Below, in pieces: positions 1-10,503 of a stretch of DNA of 64,000 bases. The stretch is from Pseudomonadota bacterium (GTDB taxonomy: Bacteria; Pseudomonadota; Alphaproteobacteria; JACQOE01): positions 37,202 to 101,201 of the forward strand of contig JACQOE010000055.1 of the NCBI GenBank assembly GCA_016202695.1, given 5' to 3'. Positions within the stretch are counted from its first letter, which is position 1. Every line of letters begins with the position of its first letter. Below the pieces are notes generated by a model that saw only the letters and a list, made by a program, of their open reading frames with translations, searched no databases and had not been told where the DNA came from. Position numbers and translations under genes: made by a program.

Positions 1-1
1 C

Positions 2-1477
2 GTCGACGTCTACGCGGCGATCGGTGTCCGGCCGTTCGTCAACTGCTGCGGCACGCGCACCGTTTACGGCGGCAGCCTGATGCTGCCCGAGGTCAAGCGG
101 GCGATGGAGCAGGCCGCGACGCGGTTCGTCAACATCGACGAGCTGATGGAGGGGGTGGGCCGACGCCTCGCCGAGCTGACCGGAGCCGGATTCGGAATCG
201 TCACCTCGGGAGCCGCGGCCGCGCTCTGCGTCGCCACCGCCGCCTGCCTCACCGGCGGCGACCCCGAGAAGATGCTCCGCCTGCCCAACACCGCCGGCCT
301 CAAACGGCGGGTGGTCATGATGCGCAACGGACGCTTCCCTTACGACCACGCAATCCGCATGACCGGGGCCGAGGTCGTCGAGGTCGACTCGCGGGCCGAG
401 CTGGAAGCCGCGCTCGACGGCGAGGTGGCGATGATCGCGCTCCTCGGCAAGCGGGCGGCCGATGCGCCGGCCCCGCTCGAGGAGATCGCCGCCATGGCCC
501 GGCCGCGGCGCATCCCGATCCTGGTCGACGCCGCCTCCGAGCACCCGGCGCGGCCGGTTCCCTACCTCGCCCGCGGCGCCAGCCTGGTCGCCTACAGCGG
601 CGGCAAGTACCTCAGGGGGCCGCAGCCGACCGGGCTTCTGCTCGGCGAGGAGGCGCTGGTGCGGGCGGCGTGGCTGAACGCGGCGCCGCATCACGCCCTC
701 GGCCGCGCCTTGAAGATCGGCAAGGAGGAGGTCATCGGCTGCCTCGCCGCGGTCGAGCACTGGTTCGGCGCCCGCGACCACGAGGCCGACCGGCGCCGCT
801 GGCACGACGACCTAGCCGAGATCGCGGCCGAGGTGACCACGCTGCCGGGGGTGACGGCCGAGATCCGCGACTCGACCGATCCGACCGAGCGGGTGCCGAG
901 CCTCGAGATCCGATGGGACAACCGGCGGATCGGGATCGGCGGCCTCGAGTTGAGGGCCCGCCTGTTCGCCGGCGAGCCGCGGGTCCTGCTCGACGATCGT
1001 CCCGCCACCGAGCGATCCGTGGCGATCAATCCCTTCAACCTGGAGCGGAGCGAGCCGAGGCTGGTGGGCGCGCGCATCCGCGAGGTTCTCGCCGCATCGC
1101 CGGCGGGGGCCGGGCGGGCGGGCCCGGCCCGGACCCCGGCCGCCGCCGCCGGGCGCTGGCAGGTGGAGATCGAGTTCGTTCACGGACGCGGCCGGCACGA
1201 GCTCGCGCTCGAGCAGAGCGGCGCCGAACTCACCGGCACCCATCGCACCGCCTTCCACGCCGGCCCCTGCAAGGGCCGCGTCGAGGGGGCCGAGGTCGAG
1301 ATTTCGAGCCGGCACCGGTTCGAGGGCACCAGCCTCGCCTACCGGTTCACCGGCACCATCGGCGAGACCGGGATGGCGGGCGAGGTCGAGATCGGAACCG
1401 AGGGTCAGTCGGGTCCGGGACCGGTCAACCGGCGGGAGTTCGGGACCGCGCGCTGGCGCGCCTCCCGCCGCGGCTGA
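2..1477 (+). CDS. PLP-dependent SelA/DgaE-like enzyme (selenocysteine-synthase-related family), 5' end cut by the window edge
   Basis: The frame of ORF 80..1477 stays open to position 2 (VDVYAAIGVRPFVNCCGTRTVYGGS precedes the first Met). SelA-type PLP-lysine context SGGKYLRGPQ. Extra ~100-aa C-terminal tail. G/C-rich third codon positions. Confidence 0.7.
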   Translation, partial: VDVYAAIGVRPFVNCCGTRTVYGGSLMLPEVKRAMEQAATRFVNIDELMEGVGRRLAELTGAGFGIVTSGAAAALCVATAACLTGGDPEKMLRLPNTAGLKRRVVMMRNGRFPYDHAIRMTGAEVVEVDSRAELEAALDGEVAMIALLGKRAADAPAPLEEIAAMARPRRIPILVDAASEHPARPVPYLARGASLVAYSGGKYLRGPQPTGLLLGEEALVRAAWLNAAPHHALGRALKIGKEEVIGCLAAVEHWFGARDHEADRRRWHDDLAEIAAEVTTLPGVTAEIRDSTDPTERVPSLEIRWDNRRIGIGGLELRARLFAGEPRVLLDDRPATERSVAINPFNLERSEPRLVGARIREVLAASPAGAGRAGPARTPAAAAGRWQVEIEFVHGRGRHELALEQSGAELTGTHRTAFHAGPCKGRVEGAEVEISSRHRFEGTSLAYRFTGTIGETGMAGEVEIGTEGQSGPGPVNRREFGTARWRASRRG

Positions 1478-1591
1478 CGCCGCCGGCGGCAGCGGCGGCC
1501 TCCTCGGCCCGGCGGCGGGCGAGGATCGACCCGTCGGCACGGGCGGCTATAATCCTCGGCGGAACTCCGCCCCCGGTCGAGGACGAGACCC

Positions 1592-3016
1592 ATGGCGCTG
1601 GCGAACGATCTGGCCGAACGGATCGCGGGCTTCGGGTACGAGCAGCTTTCCCCGACCGCGCTCGCGTGGGCGAAGGTGGCGATCGCCGACACCCTCGCCG
1701 TCACCGTCGCCGGCGCGTGCGAGCCCTGCGTCGAGCGTCTCGAGCGCGCGCTCGCCCTCGAGCCGAGCGAGGGGCCCTGCGTGGTCGTCGGCCGCGGCCG
1801 GCGCGCCGGCGCGCTTCACGCCGCCCTCGTCAACGGCACCGCCGCGCACGCCCTCGATTTCGACGACACCAGCAAGTCGATGGGCGGCCACCCCTCGGCC
1901 CCGCTCCTGCCCGTGCTCCTGGCCGGCGCCGACGCGTTCCGAGCGAGCGGCCGCCAGGTACTCGCCGCCTATGCCGTCGGCTTCGAGACCGAGTGCAAGC
2001 TGGGGCGCGCGGTCAACTTCCAGCACTACGAGAAGGGCTGGCACCCGACCGCCACGCTGGGGACCATCGGCGCCGCCGCGGCCGCCGCCAGGCTGCTCGG
2101 CCTCGATGAGCCCGCGATCGCGACCGCGCTTGCCATCGCGGTCTCCTTCGCCTCCGGCGTGAAGGCCAACTTCGGAACCATGACCAAGCCCTTGCACGTC
2201 GGCCACGCCGCCCGCAACGGGCTCCTCGCCGCGCTCCTCGCGCGCGAGGGATTCGACGCCCAGACGCTCGCCTTCGAGCACAGGCAGGGATTCTTCGAGG
2301 TCTTCAACGGCCGCGGCGCCTACGACGCCGCCAAGGCGCTCGCCGGCTGGGGCGCGCCGCCGGAGATCGAGTCGCCGGGGGTGGGCCTCAAGCAGTACCC
2401 CTCCTGCGCCAGCACCCATGCGCCGGTCGATGCGCTGCTTGCGATCCTGCGCCGCGAGCGGCTCGGCCACGCCGACGTGGCCGAGGTCGGCGCCCGCGTC
2501 CATCCGCGCCGCTTCGGGCACATCGACCGGCCCGACCCGGCGAACCCGCTGGAGGCGAAGTTCAGCCTCGTCTACTGCCTGGCGCGGGCGCTGGTCGACG
2601 GCACGCTCGCCCCCGGCCACTTCCAGGCCGAAACCCATCGCGACCCGGTCGTGCGCACGGTCATGGGCCGGATAAGGACCGGCCCCTTCCCGGCCGACGC
2701 GCCCGAGACCGCCAACCAGTTCGCTGCCGAGGTCACGGTCCGCACCACCGACGGGCGCACCCTCGTCGAGAGGATCGACCAGGCGGTGGGCCGCGGCCCC
2801 GAGAAGCCGATCCCCGAGGCCGCGTTCCGGGCCAAATTCGAGGACTGCACGCGACCCGTGCTCGGCGCCGAAGCCGCGGCGCGGCTCTACGAGCTCGCCA
2901 TCGACCTCGAGCGCATGGCGCGGGCCGCCGCGCTCACCGATCTCATCGCCGCGGCCGCACCGGCCCCCTCGTACCGCCCGGTCGGCAGACAGGCCCGGGC
3001 GACCGCTGGGGCGTAA
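1592..3016 (+). CDS. MmgE/PrpD family protein (2-methylcitrate dehydratase superfamily), paralog 1
   Basis: 474-aa ORF with family motifs AHALDFDD and FGTMTKPLHVGHAA. A paralogous copy lies at 20162..21571. Confidence 0.85.
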   Translation: MALANDLAERIAGFGYEQLSPTALAWAKVAIADTLAVTVAGACEPCVERLERALALEPSEGPCVVVGRGRRAGALHAALVNGTAAHALDFDDTSKSMGGHPSAPLLPVLLAGADAFRASGRQVLAAYAVGFETECKLGRAVNFQHYEKGWHPTATLGTIGAAAAAARLLGLDEPAIATALAIAVSFASGVKANFGTMTKPLHVGHAARNGLLAALLAREGFDAQTLAFEHRQGFFEVFNGRGAYDAAKALAGWGAPPEIESPGVGLKQYPSCASTHAPVDALLAILRRERLGHADVAEVGARVHPRRFGHIDRPDPANPLEAKFSLVYCLARALVDGTLAPGHFQAETHRDPVVRTVMGRIRTGPFPADAPETANQFAAEVTVRTTDGRTLVERIDQAVGRGPEKPIPEAAFRAKFEDCTRPVLGAEAAARLYELAIDLERMARAAALTDLIAAAAPAPSYRPVGRQARATAGA

Positions 3017-3034
3017 CCGGAACCGGCGCCGCTC

Positions 3035-3739
3035 CTACTCGGCGGCACGGCCGGGCCGCCGCGCCGGCACCCGATCGAGAAGCCCGAGGGCCTCCTCCAG
3101 CGAGACCACGTCGGCATACTTCTCCGACATGTCGAACAGGTTCACCGCGTGCGAGGTCCGGCTGCGGTCGTAGACGCAGTCGAACGGCACCACGACCTTG
3201 AAGTTGTAGGCGAAGGCGTCGACCACGCTCGCCCGCACGCAGCCGCTGGTGGTGCAGCCGGTGACGAACAGGGTGTCGATATTGAGGTCGATGAGGTAGC
3301 TGGCGAGGGGCGTACCGAAGAACGCGCTCGGGTGCTTCTTCGGCAGGAGCACGTCGCCGTCGCGGGGGGCGATCTCGGCGACGAAGCGATAGCCCTTCTC
3401 CGGGATGGTCATGATCGACGGAACCTTCTCGGCCAGGCGGCCGACGTCGAACCTCTCCTTGGGCGCCACGTAGGGGTAGAGGACCGGCCAGCCCCGCTCG
3501 CGGAACACGGCCAGCAGCCGCTCGATCTGGCGCACCGCCCGCCAGGCGACGTCGCCGCAACTGGTCGGGAACTCCTTGATCGCCTCCCAGAAGGGCCGCG
3601 GCTCGGTGCCGACGGTGCGGTACTGAACGTCGATGATGAGGAGGCCGGGCCGCGAGCCGATCCCCGAGGGCCGCCCGAACCCGGCCGCACGGTAGGCCCG
3701 CAGCTCCTCCTCGCCGATGATCCCGTCCCAGGGTCGCAT
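3035..3739 (-). CDS. Isochorismatase-like cysteine hydrolase; candidate N-carbamoylsarcosine amidase
   Basis: Asp/Lys/Cys triad contexts are visible (LLIIDVQ, PKKHPSAF, TGCTTSGCVRAS). Start placed at ATG 3739, preceded by AAGGAGG; the upstream extension to 3784 has no RBS. Last gene of the hyu-sox array. Confidence 0.75.
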   Translation of the reverse strand: MRPWDGIIGEEELRAYRAAGFGRPSGIGSRPGLLIIDVQYRTVGTEPRPFWEAIKEFPTSCGDVAWRAVRQIERLLAVFRERGWPVLYPYVAPKERFDVGRLAEKVPSIMTIPEKGYRFVAEIAPRDGDVLLPKKHPSAFFGTPLASYLIDLNIDTLFVTGCTTSGCVRASVVDAFAYNFKVVVPFDCVYDRSRTSHAVNLFDMSEKYADVVSLEEALGLLDRVPARRPGRAAE

Positions 3740-3780
3740 CCCAACCTCCTTATTTTCACCCCCGCCGGCCCGAGCCGCGG

Positions 3781-5145
3781 TCACTTGAGGGGCCGGCGCA
3801 GGTACTCCCCGTAACCCGGATCACCGACCATCCGCCCCTCCTTCATCACCACCCGGCCGCGGACGATGGTCATCACCGGCCAGCCCTTGAAGGTCCAGCC
3901 ATCGTAGGGCGTGTAGTCGGCGTGGGAAAGGAGGTCCTGCCAGCGGCAGGGCTTCGCCAGGTCGAGGTCGACGAGGGTGAGGTCGGCGTCGGCGCCGACG
4001 CCGAGGAAGCCCTTGCGCCGGTCGATGCGGAAGATCTCGGCCGGCCGCTTGGAGACGAGCTGGGCGATGCGCCGCAGGCTGAGGCCGCGCTTGTGGTGGC
4101 CCTCGCTCAGGAGCACGGGAAGGATGGTGGCGACCCCGGGGAAGCCCTGCGAGGCCTGCCAGATGTTCTTCTCCTTGGCCGCCCGCTTGCGCGGCACGTG
4201 GTCGGAGCCGACGACGTCGACGGTGCCGTCGGCGATCGCCTCCCACAGCGCCTCGACGTCCTCCTCGCCGCGCAGCGGCGGGTTCGCCTTGGCGACGCTG
4301 CCGAGCTTCGAGTCCATGGTGTGGGTGAGGTAGTGCGGGCAGGTCTCGAGGTGGATGCGGTCGTAGCGCTCGCGGAAGCGGCGGACCTCGGCCACGCCGC
4401 GCGCCGAGCTCACATGCACGAAGTAGATGGTGGCGCCGAGGTGCTCGGCGAACACCATCGCCCGGATCATGTTCTCCCACTCGGTGAAGGCCGGCTTCGC
4501 CTCGCAGAAGGCGCGAAGCGAGTCGACCCCCGTCCCCATCGCCCGCCGGCGCATGCGGTTGACGACCTCGATGTTCTCGGGATGGATCGCCACCACCGCG
4601 TCCGCGAACTCGGCCGCCTTGGCGAGGAGATCGTACATGAACCCCTCGTCGGTGCCGGAGAGGCCCATGTAGCGCCCCTCCTCGCCCTTGAAGTTCATGT
4701 AGTACTTGAACGAGGTGACTCCGCAGTCCTCGACCAGCGAGGGGAACTCCTCGAGATGCACGTCGGCGGCGGTGGAGAAGTGGAAGGCGAAGTCGACGTG
4801 CGCCCGTTTGCGGCACTCGGCGAGCCGCTCCTCGAACACCCCGGCGTAAGACTCGCTGTTGAGGAAATACGAGATCACGGTGGACATGCCGCCGACGGCG
4901 GCCGAGGCCGTCTCGGTCCGGTACTCCTCGTTCGGCTCGGCGAAGCCGAAGTGCAGATGCGCGTCCATGCAGCCGGGGAAGACATGCTTGCCCGAGGCGT
5001 CGATCACCTCGCGCGCGGTCGGCGTCTCCTCACCCGGGCTCAGGAGGCCGACGATGCGGCCATCGCGGATGGCGATGTCGGCGCGGCAGGGCTTCCGCTC
5101 GGGAAAGACCGCCGTTCCCCCCCTGACGACGCAGTCGAGATCCAT
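3781..5145 (-). CDS. Cyclic amidohydrolase (dihydropyrimidinase/hydantoinase/allantoinase-like), paralog 1
   Basis: DAHLHFG (HxH) and SFKYYM (carboxylated-Lys context). 454 aa from ATG 5145 with a GGAGG RBS. Same length as, and strongly similar to, 35461..36825. Confidence 0.8.
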   Translation of the reverse strand: MDLDCVVRGGTAVFPERKPCRADIAIRDGRIVGLLSPGEETPTAREVIDASGKHVFPGCMDAHLHFGFAEPNEEYRTETASAAVGGMSTVISYFLNSESYAGVFEERLAECRKRAHVDFAFHFSTAADVHLEEFPSLVEDCGVTSFKYYMNFKGEEGRYMGLSGTDEGFMYDLLAKAAEFADAVVAIHPENIEVVNRMRRRAMGTGVDSLRAFCEAKPAFTEWENMIRAMVFAEHLGATIYFVHVSSARGVAEVRRFRERYDRIHLETCPHYLTHTMDSKLGSVAKANPPLRGEEDVEALWEAIADGTVDVVGSDHVPRKRAAKEKNIWQASQGFPGVATILPVLLSEGHHKRGLSLRRIAQLVSKRPAEIFRIDRRKGFLGVGADADLTLVDLDLAKPCRWQDLLSHADYTPYDGWTFKGWPVMTIVRGRVVMKEGRMVGDPGYGEYLRRPLK

Positions 5146-5251
5146 GGCCGGCCTCCGTGTCCGTGTCGCGTGCCGCCCCCCGGTCCAGGAATAGCGGATT
5201 CGCCGGTCGCGCACAAACGGGGCCGCCGGCGGACGGAACGGGCGGAGCCGA

Positions 5252-5851
5252 TCAGGGCCCGGCTATGCGGTACTCGGCGGTGGCGTCGATCAGCCAGCGG
5301 GCGAGATAGGGGGCGAAGGAGGCGCGGACGAAGAGGCGGAAGCGGGGCTCGCCGCTCACCTGTTCGAGGATCACCTGGGCGCGGGCGAGCTGAGCCTGGG
5401 CAGAGCGCCCGGGTCCGAAGGCGCGGGAGTGCAGGTCGAGGCCCATGCCCTTGGCCAGGACCTCGCGCGCGCCAGCGCCGGCGACCGCGATCGCCGTGCG
5501 GCTCGCCGAGACGTCGACGATCGAGACGTGGCGCCCGGCGAGCGCGGCCTTAAGCCCCGCCTCGATCCCGCCCTCCGAGCCCTCGGGCCCGACGATCAGC
5601 CACTCGTCGGGCCCGAGCCAGAGGGCGCGGAGCCGCCCGCCTTGGGCCACCGTGTTGGGGGCCAGGGGAAGGGCGGCGCCGATCACGCCGCCGGCCGCCT
5701 CGCGGAACCCGCCGTCGGCGGCATCGCCCCGGAGGTCGATCTGGGCGAGGAACGGCTCCTCGGCGAGCGACACCCGCCCCGGAACCGAGGCCCCTGCCAG
5801 CCCGGCGGCGAGGTCCGCGAGCGGGCTTCGCTTATGGGTTGCCTCAGCCAT
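5252..5851 (-). CDS. soxG: Sarcosine oxidase gamma subunit
   Basis: 199-aa ORF at the canonical position after soxA. Overlaps the soxA stop by 8 nt. SoxG-like LWLGPDEWLIV motif. Confidence 0.85.
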   Translation of the reverse strand: MAEATHKRSPLADLAAGLAGASVPGRVSLAEEPFLAQIDLRGDAADGGFREAAGGVIGAALPLAPNTVAQGGRLRALWLGPDEWLIVGPEGSEGGIEAGLKAALAGRHVSIVDVSASRTAIAVAGAGAREVLAKGMGLDLHSRAFGPGRSAQAQLARAQVILEQVSGEPRFRLFVRASFAPYLARWLIDATAEYRIAGP

Positions 5852-8800
5852 TCCGCCGCTTCCCCTCCCGGTCGTAGAACACCGGCTCGACGATGCGCGC
5901 CGCCAGGGTGCGCCCGACCAGCGGCGCGTACACCGTGGCGCCGATCCGCCCGCGCCCGCCCTTGACCAGCGCGAGCGCGAAGGAGCGTCCGAGGGCGGCG
6001 CTCGAATAGCTCGAGGTCACGTGCCCGATCATCGGGATCGGCCGCCCGGCCTTGAGCCCGATGGCGCGCGCGGGCCGCGCGGCGACGAGCTGCGCCCCCT
6101 CGGGCAGGACCTCGCCGGGGTCCTCGGGCAGGAGCCCGACCAGCTGCTTGCGGTCCGGGCGCGAGGCGTCGGGGCGGAGGAGCGACCGCTTGCCGATGAA
6201 GTCCTTGGTCCTGGAGACGATCCAGTCCATCCCGAGGTCGAGGGGGGTGACCGTGCCGTCCGTCTCCTGGCCGACGATGATGAATCCCTTCTCGGCCCTG
6301 AGCACATGCATCGCCTCGGTGCCGTAGGGGGTGATGCCAAAGGGCTCGCCCGCCCGCATCACCGCCTCCCACAGCGCCAGCCCGTGCCAGGCGGGCACGT
6401 TGACCTCGAAGCTGAGCTCGCCGGTGAAGCTGATGCGGAAGACGCGCGCCGGGATCCCTGCCACCTCGGCCTCGCGCAGGGTCATGAACGGGAAGCCCTC
6501 GTTGTCGAGGGCGAGGCCGGGGGCGAGCGGGCCCAGCACCTCGCGCGCGCGGGGGCCGACGATGGCCACCGTCGCCCACTGCTCGGTGACGGAGGTGCAG
6601 TAGACCCGAAGGCCCGGCCACTCGGTCTGCAGCCACTCCTCGAGCCAGTCGAGCACCCGGGCTGCGTTGCCCGTGGTCGTGGTCATCAGGAACCGGTCGG
6701 GGGCGAGCCGCGTCGTCACCCCGTCGTCCAGCACCATGCCGTCCTGGCCGCACATCATCCCGTAGCGGCACTGGCCGAGGCCGAGCCTGGCCCAGGCGTT
6801 GGTGTAGACCCGGTCGAGGAACGCGGCCGCGTCCGGCCCCCGGATGTCGATCTTGCCGAGCGTGGTGGCGTCGAGCGCCGCCACCCCGCCCCGCGCCGCC
6901 CGGCACTCGCGCGCCACCGCCGCCGCCATGTCCTCGCCCGCGCGCGGGTAGTAGAGCGGCCGCTTCCACTGGCCCACGTCCTCGAACACCGCCCCGTGGG
7001 CGACGTGCCAGGCGTGCATCGGCGTCACCCGCACCGGGTCGAACAGCTCCCCGCGGTCGCGCCCGGCGAGGAGCCCGAAGCCGACCGGCGTGTAGGGCGG
7101 ACGGAAGGTGGTGGTGCCGGTCCCCGCGATCGGCCGCCCGACCGCCTGCGAGAGGAGGGCGAGCGCGTTGACGTTCGCGGTCTTGCCCTGGTCGGTGCCC
7201 ATCCCGGCGGCGGTGTAGCGCTTGACGTGCTCGACCGAGTCGAGGCCCTCGCGCGCGGCGAGCCGGATGTCGGCGGCGGTCACGTCGGCCTGCAGGTCGA
7301 CGAAGTGCCTACCTCCGTCGCGCGCCGCCGGCCGCCCGGAGGGGACGAACCAGAGGGGCCGGATGGGGCCGTCGCGAGCCGTCCGGACCAGGGGCGCGGG
7401 CGGCGCCGTGCCGTCGCCGAAGCCGGCCAGCCGCGCCGCCGCGGCACCGGCGGCGAGCCCCTCGGCCAGGCACCCGGCGAGCGTGAAGGTGCCGTTGGCG
7501 GCGCCCGCCGGGCGCACCGCCTGCGCCGCGCGGTCGGGCACGAAGCACGCCCGTGCCTCGTCGAAGCGGAGTGTCCCTTGCGACTGGCTGAAGAGGTGCA
7601 CCGCCGGGCTCCACCCCCCCGACACCGCCACCAGGTCGCAGGCGAGCGTGCGGGCCGGCCCCTCCACCGCGCTCCCGCCCGGGTCGAGGCGGCGCACCTC
7701 GACCGCGGCGACGCGCCGGCGCCCGCGGGTGCCGGTGAGCGCCGAGCCGGCGAGAACCTCGATCCCGCGGCGGCGCGCCTCCCCGACGCGCTCGCCCGCG
7801 GGGTGGCTCCGCGCGTCCACGACCGCCGCCAGCTCGATCCCGGCGTCGGCGAGGTCGAACGCGGTCCGGTAGGCGTCGTCGTTGTTGGTGAAGACGACCG
7901 CGCGGCGCCCGGGCGCGACCGCGTAGCGGTTGAGGTAGGCGCGCACCGCCGAGGCGAGCATGACCCCCGGCCGGTCGTTGTCGGCGAAGACCAGGGGCCG
8001 CTCGTGCGCCCCCGTCGCCAGCACCACCCGCCTCGCCCGCACCCGCCAGAGGCGCCGGCGGGCGAGGCCGGGCGGCGCACCGGGGCCGAGGTGGTCGGCC
8101 CGCCGCTCGGCGATGGCGAGATAGTTGTGGTCGTAATAGCCGAACACGGTTGCGCGGGGGAGCGGCACGACCTCGGGCAGCGAGGCGAGTTCCGCCGCCG
8201 CCCGCCCCACCCACTCGAGCGCCGGGCGCCCGTCGATCTCGTCGCCCTCGGAGAGGAGCGCGCCGCCGAACTCCGCCTGCTCGTCGGCCAGCATCACCCG
8301 CGCGCCGGTCCGCGCCGCGGCCAGCGCCGCCGCCAGGCCGGCGGGGCCGGCCCCCACCACCAGCACGTCGGCGTGGGCGTGCCGCTTGTCGTAGACGTCG
8401 GGATCGGGGGCGGCGGGCGCCCGCCCGAGCCCCGCCATCCGCCGGAGCGCCGGCTCGTAGAGCCGCCGCCACCATCGCCCCGGCGCCATGAAGGTCTTGT
8501 AGTAGAATCCGGCGACGAGGAGCGGCGAGAGGAGGGACGCCGCCGCCCCCAGGTCGAACCCCACGCCCGGCCAGGCGGTCACGTTCCGCGCCACCAGCCC
8601 ATCGTAGAGCTCGACCTCGGTTGCCCGTGCGTTCGGCTGGGTCCACGCGCCCTCGCCGACCTGGACGATGGCGTTGGGCTCGTCCGCCCCCGCGGCGACG
8701 ATACCGCGCGGGCGATGGTACTTGAGGCTCCGGCCGACCAGGTGCATCCCGTTGGCGAGCAGCGCCGAGGCGAGCGTGTCGCCCTTCAGCCCTTCGTATG

Positions 8801-8879
8801 GTCGGCCGTCGAAGCGGAAGCGAAGCGGCGCGGCGCGGTCGATCCGGCCGCCGGCGGCGAGGCGGAAGGCGCCGCTCAC
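5844..8879 (-). CDS. soxA: Sarcosine oxidase alpha subunit
   Basis: N-terminus SGAFRLAAGGRIDRAAPLRFRFDGRPYEGLKGDTLASALLANG...KYHRPRGI. GTG start at 8879 forms a GTGA overlap with the soxD stop. About 1011 aa. The longer ORF to 9158 is the out-of-frame overlap with soxD. Confidence 0.9.
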   Translation of the reverse strand: MSGAFRLAAGGRIDRAAPLRFRFDGRPYEGLKGDTLASALLANGMHLVGRSLKYHRPRGIVAAGADEPNAIVQVGEGAWTQPNARATEVELYDGLVARNVTAWPGVGFDLGAAASLLSPLLVAGFYYKTFMAPGRWWRRLYEPALRRMAGLGRAPAAPDPDVYDKRHAHADVLVVGAGPAGLAAALAAARTGARVMLADEQAEFGGALLSEGDEIDGRPALEWVGRAAAELASLPEVVPLPRATVFGYYDHNYLAIAERRADHLGPGAPPGLARRRLWRVRARRVVLATGAHERPLVFADNDRPGVMLASAVRAYLNRYAVAPGRRAVVFTNNDDAYRTAFDLADAGIELAAVVDARSHPAGERVGEARRRGIEVLAGSALTGTRGRRRVAAVEVRRLDPGGSAVEGPARTLACDLVAVSGGWSPAVHLFSQSQGTLRFDEARACFVPDRAAQAVRPAGAANGTFTLAGCLAEGLAAGAAAARLAGFGDGTAPPAPLVRTARDGPIRPLWFVPSGRPAARDGGRHFVDLQADVTAADIRLAAREGLDSVEHVKRYTAAGMGTDQGKTANVNALALLSQAVGRPIAGTGTTTFRPPYTPVGFGLLAGRDRGELFDPVRVTPMHAWHVAHGAVFEDVGQWKRPLYYPRAGEDMAAAVARECRAARGGVAALDATTLGKIDIRGPDAAAFLDRVYTNAWARLGLGQCRYGMMCGQDGMVLDDGVTTRLAPDRFLMTTTTGNAARVLDWLEEWLQTEWPGLRVYCTSVTEQWATVAIVGPRAREVLGPLAPGLALDNEGFPFMTLREAEVAGIPARVFRISFTGELSFEVNVPAWHGLALWEAVMRAGEPFGITPYGTEAMHVLRAEKGFIIVGQETDGTVTPLDLGMDWIVSRTKDFIGKRSLLRPDASRPDRKQLVGLLPEDPGEVLPEGAQLVAARPARAIGLKAGRPIPMIGHVTSSYSSAALGRSFALALVKGGRGRIGATVYAPLVGRTLAARIVEPVFYDREGKRRNG

Positions 8880-9178
8880 GTCTCGCCCTCCCGGCCCGGG
8901 CCGGGCGCGGGCGGCGGCGGCTCGCCCATCCTGTAGACGGCGGCGATCTCGTTGCTCACCGTGTGGCGGACCGCGTTGAACCACCGCCGGCAGCCCTGGG
9001 CGTGCATCCAGCGCTCGCGGAACCAGCCCTTGGGATTGTTGCGCATGAAGAGATAGTCCGCCCAGTCGGCGTCCGACAGCGAGCCGGGGTTGGCCGGCGC
9101 GCCGATGTGCGCCTCGCCGCCGTAGCGGAACTCGCTCTCGTCGCGTGGCCCGCACCACGGGCAGGGGATGAGAAGCAT
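8876..9178 (-). CDS. soxD: Sarcosine oxidase delta subunit
   Basis: 100 aa, MLLIPCPWCGPRDESEFRYGGEAH zinc-ribbon-like N-terminus typical of SoxD. Lies between soxB and soxA. Confidence 0.9.
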   Translation of the reverse strand: MLLIPCPWCGPRDESEFRYGGEAHIGAPANPGSLSDADWADYLFMRNNPKGWFRERWMHAQGCRRWFNAVRHTVSNEIAAVYRMGEPPPPAPGPGREGET

Positions 9179-9200
9179 CGGCCGCCCCCTACTGTCCTCC

Positions 9201-10451
9201 TTAATGCGCCACCGCCGCGGCGCCGTGCTCGTCGATCAGCGCGCCGGTGGCGAAGCGATCGAGCGAGAAGGGCGCATTCAGCGGGTGCGGCTCGTCACGG
9301 GCGATCGTGTGGGCGAAGACCCAGCCCGAGCCGGGCGTCGACTTGAAGCCGCCCGTGCCCCAGCCGCCGTTGATGTAGAGCCCGCCGATGGGCGTCTTGG
9401 AGACGATCGGCGAGGCGTCCGGGCAGACGTCGACGATCCCCGCCCAGCTCCGCATCATCCGCATCCGCCCGAAGATCGGAAACAGCTCCAGGCAAGCCGC
9501 CATCTGCCGCTCGATGACGTGGAACGAGCCCCGCTGGCCGTAGGAGTTGTAGGCGTCGATCCCCGCCCCCATCACCAACTCGCCCTTGTCCGACTGGCTC
9601 ACGTACACGTGCACCGCGTTCGACATCACCACGCAGTCGAGCACCGGCTTCACCGGCTCGGAGACCAGCGCCTGCAGGGGGTGGCTCTGGATGGGGAGCC
9701 GGATGCCGGCCATCGCCGCCAGCACCGAGGTGTGGCCGGCGGCGGCGATCGCCACCTTGCGGGCGCCGATCGCCCCCCGGGTCGTTCGCACCCCGGTCAC
9801 GCGGCCGCCGGAAACCTCGATCCCCGTCACCTCGCAGTTCTGCACGATGTCCACCCCGCGGGCATCCGCCGCCCGCGCATAGCCCCAGGCGACCGCGTCG
9901 TGGCGGGCGACGCCGCCCCGGCGCTGAAGCGTCGCCCCCAGCACCGGATAGCGGGCATCGCGGGCGACGTTCACGATCGGGCAGAACGCTTTCACCTCCG
10001 CCGGCGTCAGCCACTCGGCGTCGATGCCGTTGAGGCGGTTGGCGTGCACGCGGCGCGCACCCTCGCGCAGGTCGTGCAGGGTGTGGGCGAGGTTGAGCAC
10101 GCCCCGCTGGCTCAGCATGACGTTGAAGTTGAGGTCCGCGCTCAGGCCCTCCCATAGCCTGAGCGCATGCTCGTAGATCGCCGCGCTCTCGTCCCAGAGA
10201 TAGTTCGAGCGGATGATGGTGGTGTTGCGGCCGGTGTTGCCGCCCCCCAGCCAGCCCTTCTCCAGGACCGCCACGTCGACGATGCCGTGCTCCTTGGCCA
10301 GGTAGTACGCCGTCGCCAGGCCGTGGCCGCCCCCGCCCACGATCACGATCTCGTAGGCGCGCCTCGGCTCCGGGCTCCGCCACAGCCGCGGCCAGCCCTG
10401 GTGATGGGAGAGCGCGTTGCGCGCCAGCGAGAGGATCGAGTAGCGCCTCAA
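9201..10451 (-). CDS. soxB: Sarcosine oxidase beta subunit (FAD)
   Basis: 416 aa with the dinucleotide fold [18 protein letters not shown]. First gene of the soxBDAG order. Confidence 0.9.
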   Translation of the reverse strand: MRRYSILSLARNALSHHQGWPRLWRSPEPRRAYEIVIVGGGGHGLATAYYLAKEHGIVDVAVLEKGWLGGGNTGRNTTIIRSNYLWDESAAIYEHALRLWEGLSADLNFNVMLSQRGVLNLAHTLHDLREGARRVHANRLNGIDAEWLTPAEVKAFCPIVNVARDARYPVLGATLQRRGGVARHDAVAWGYARAADARGVDIVQNCEVTGIEVSGGRVTGVRTTRGAIGARKVAIAAAGHTSVLAAMAGIRLPIQSHPLQALVSEPVKPVLDCVVMSNAVHVYVSQSDKGELVMGAGIDAYNSYGQRGSFHVIERQMAACLELFPIFGRMRMMRSWAGIVDVCPDASPIVSKTPIGGLYINGGWGTGGFKSTPGSGWVFAHTIARDEPHPLNAPFSLDRFATGALIDEHGAAAVAH

Positions 10452-10503
10452 CGCTTCGCCTCCCTTCGCCCGGCCTCCGTCGCCGCCTTTCCGTCCGCGC
10501 CCG

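Noticed and set aside
5445-8936. Very long antisense ORF (1163 aa) opposite soxA. Similar giants lie at 15228..19085, 32239..34785, 37588..39741, 23463..25472, 56916..59165 and 3922..5553.
   Set aside because: All lie opposite genes with clear family motifs. They are Arg/Pro/Gly/Ala-rich low-complexity translations and lack an RBS. Long stop-free antisense frames are expected in ~70% G+C DNA.
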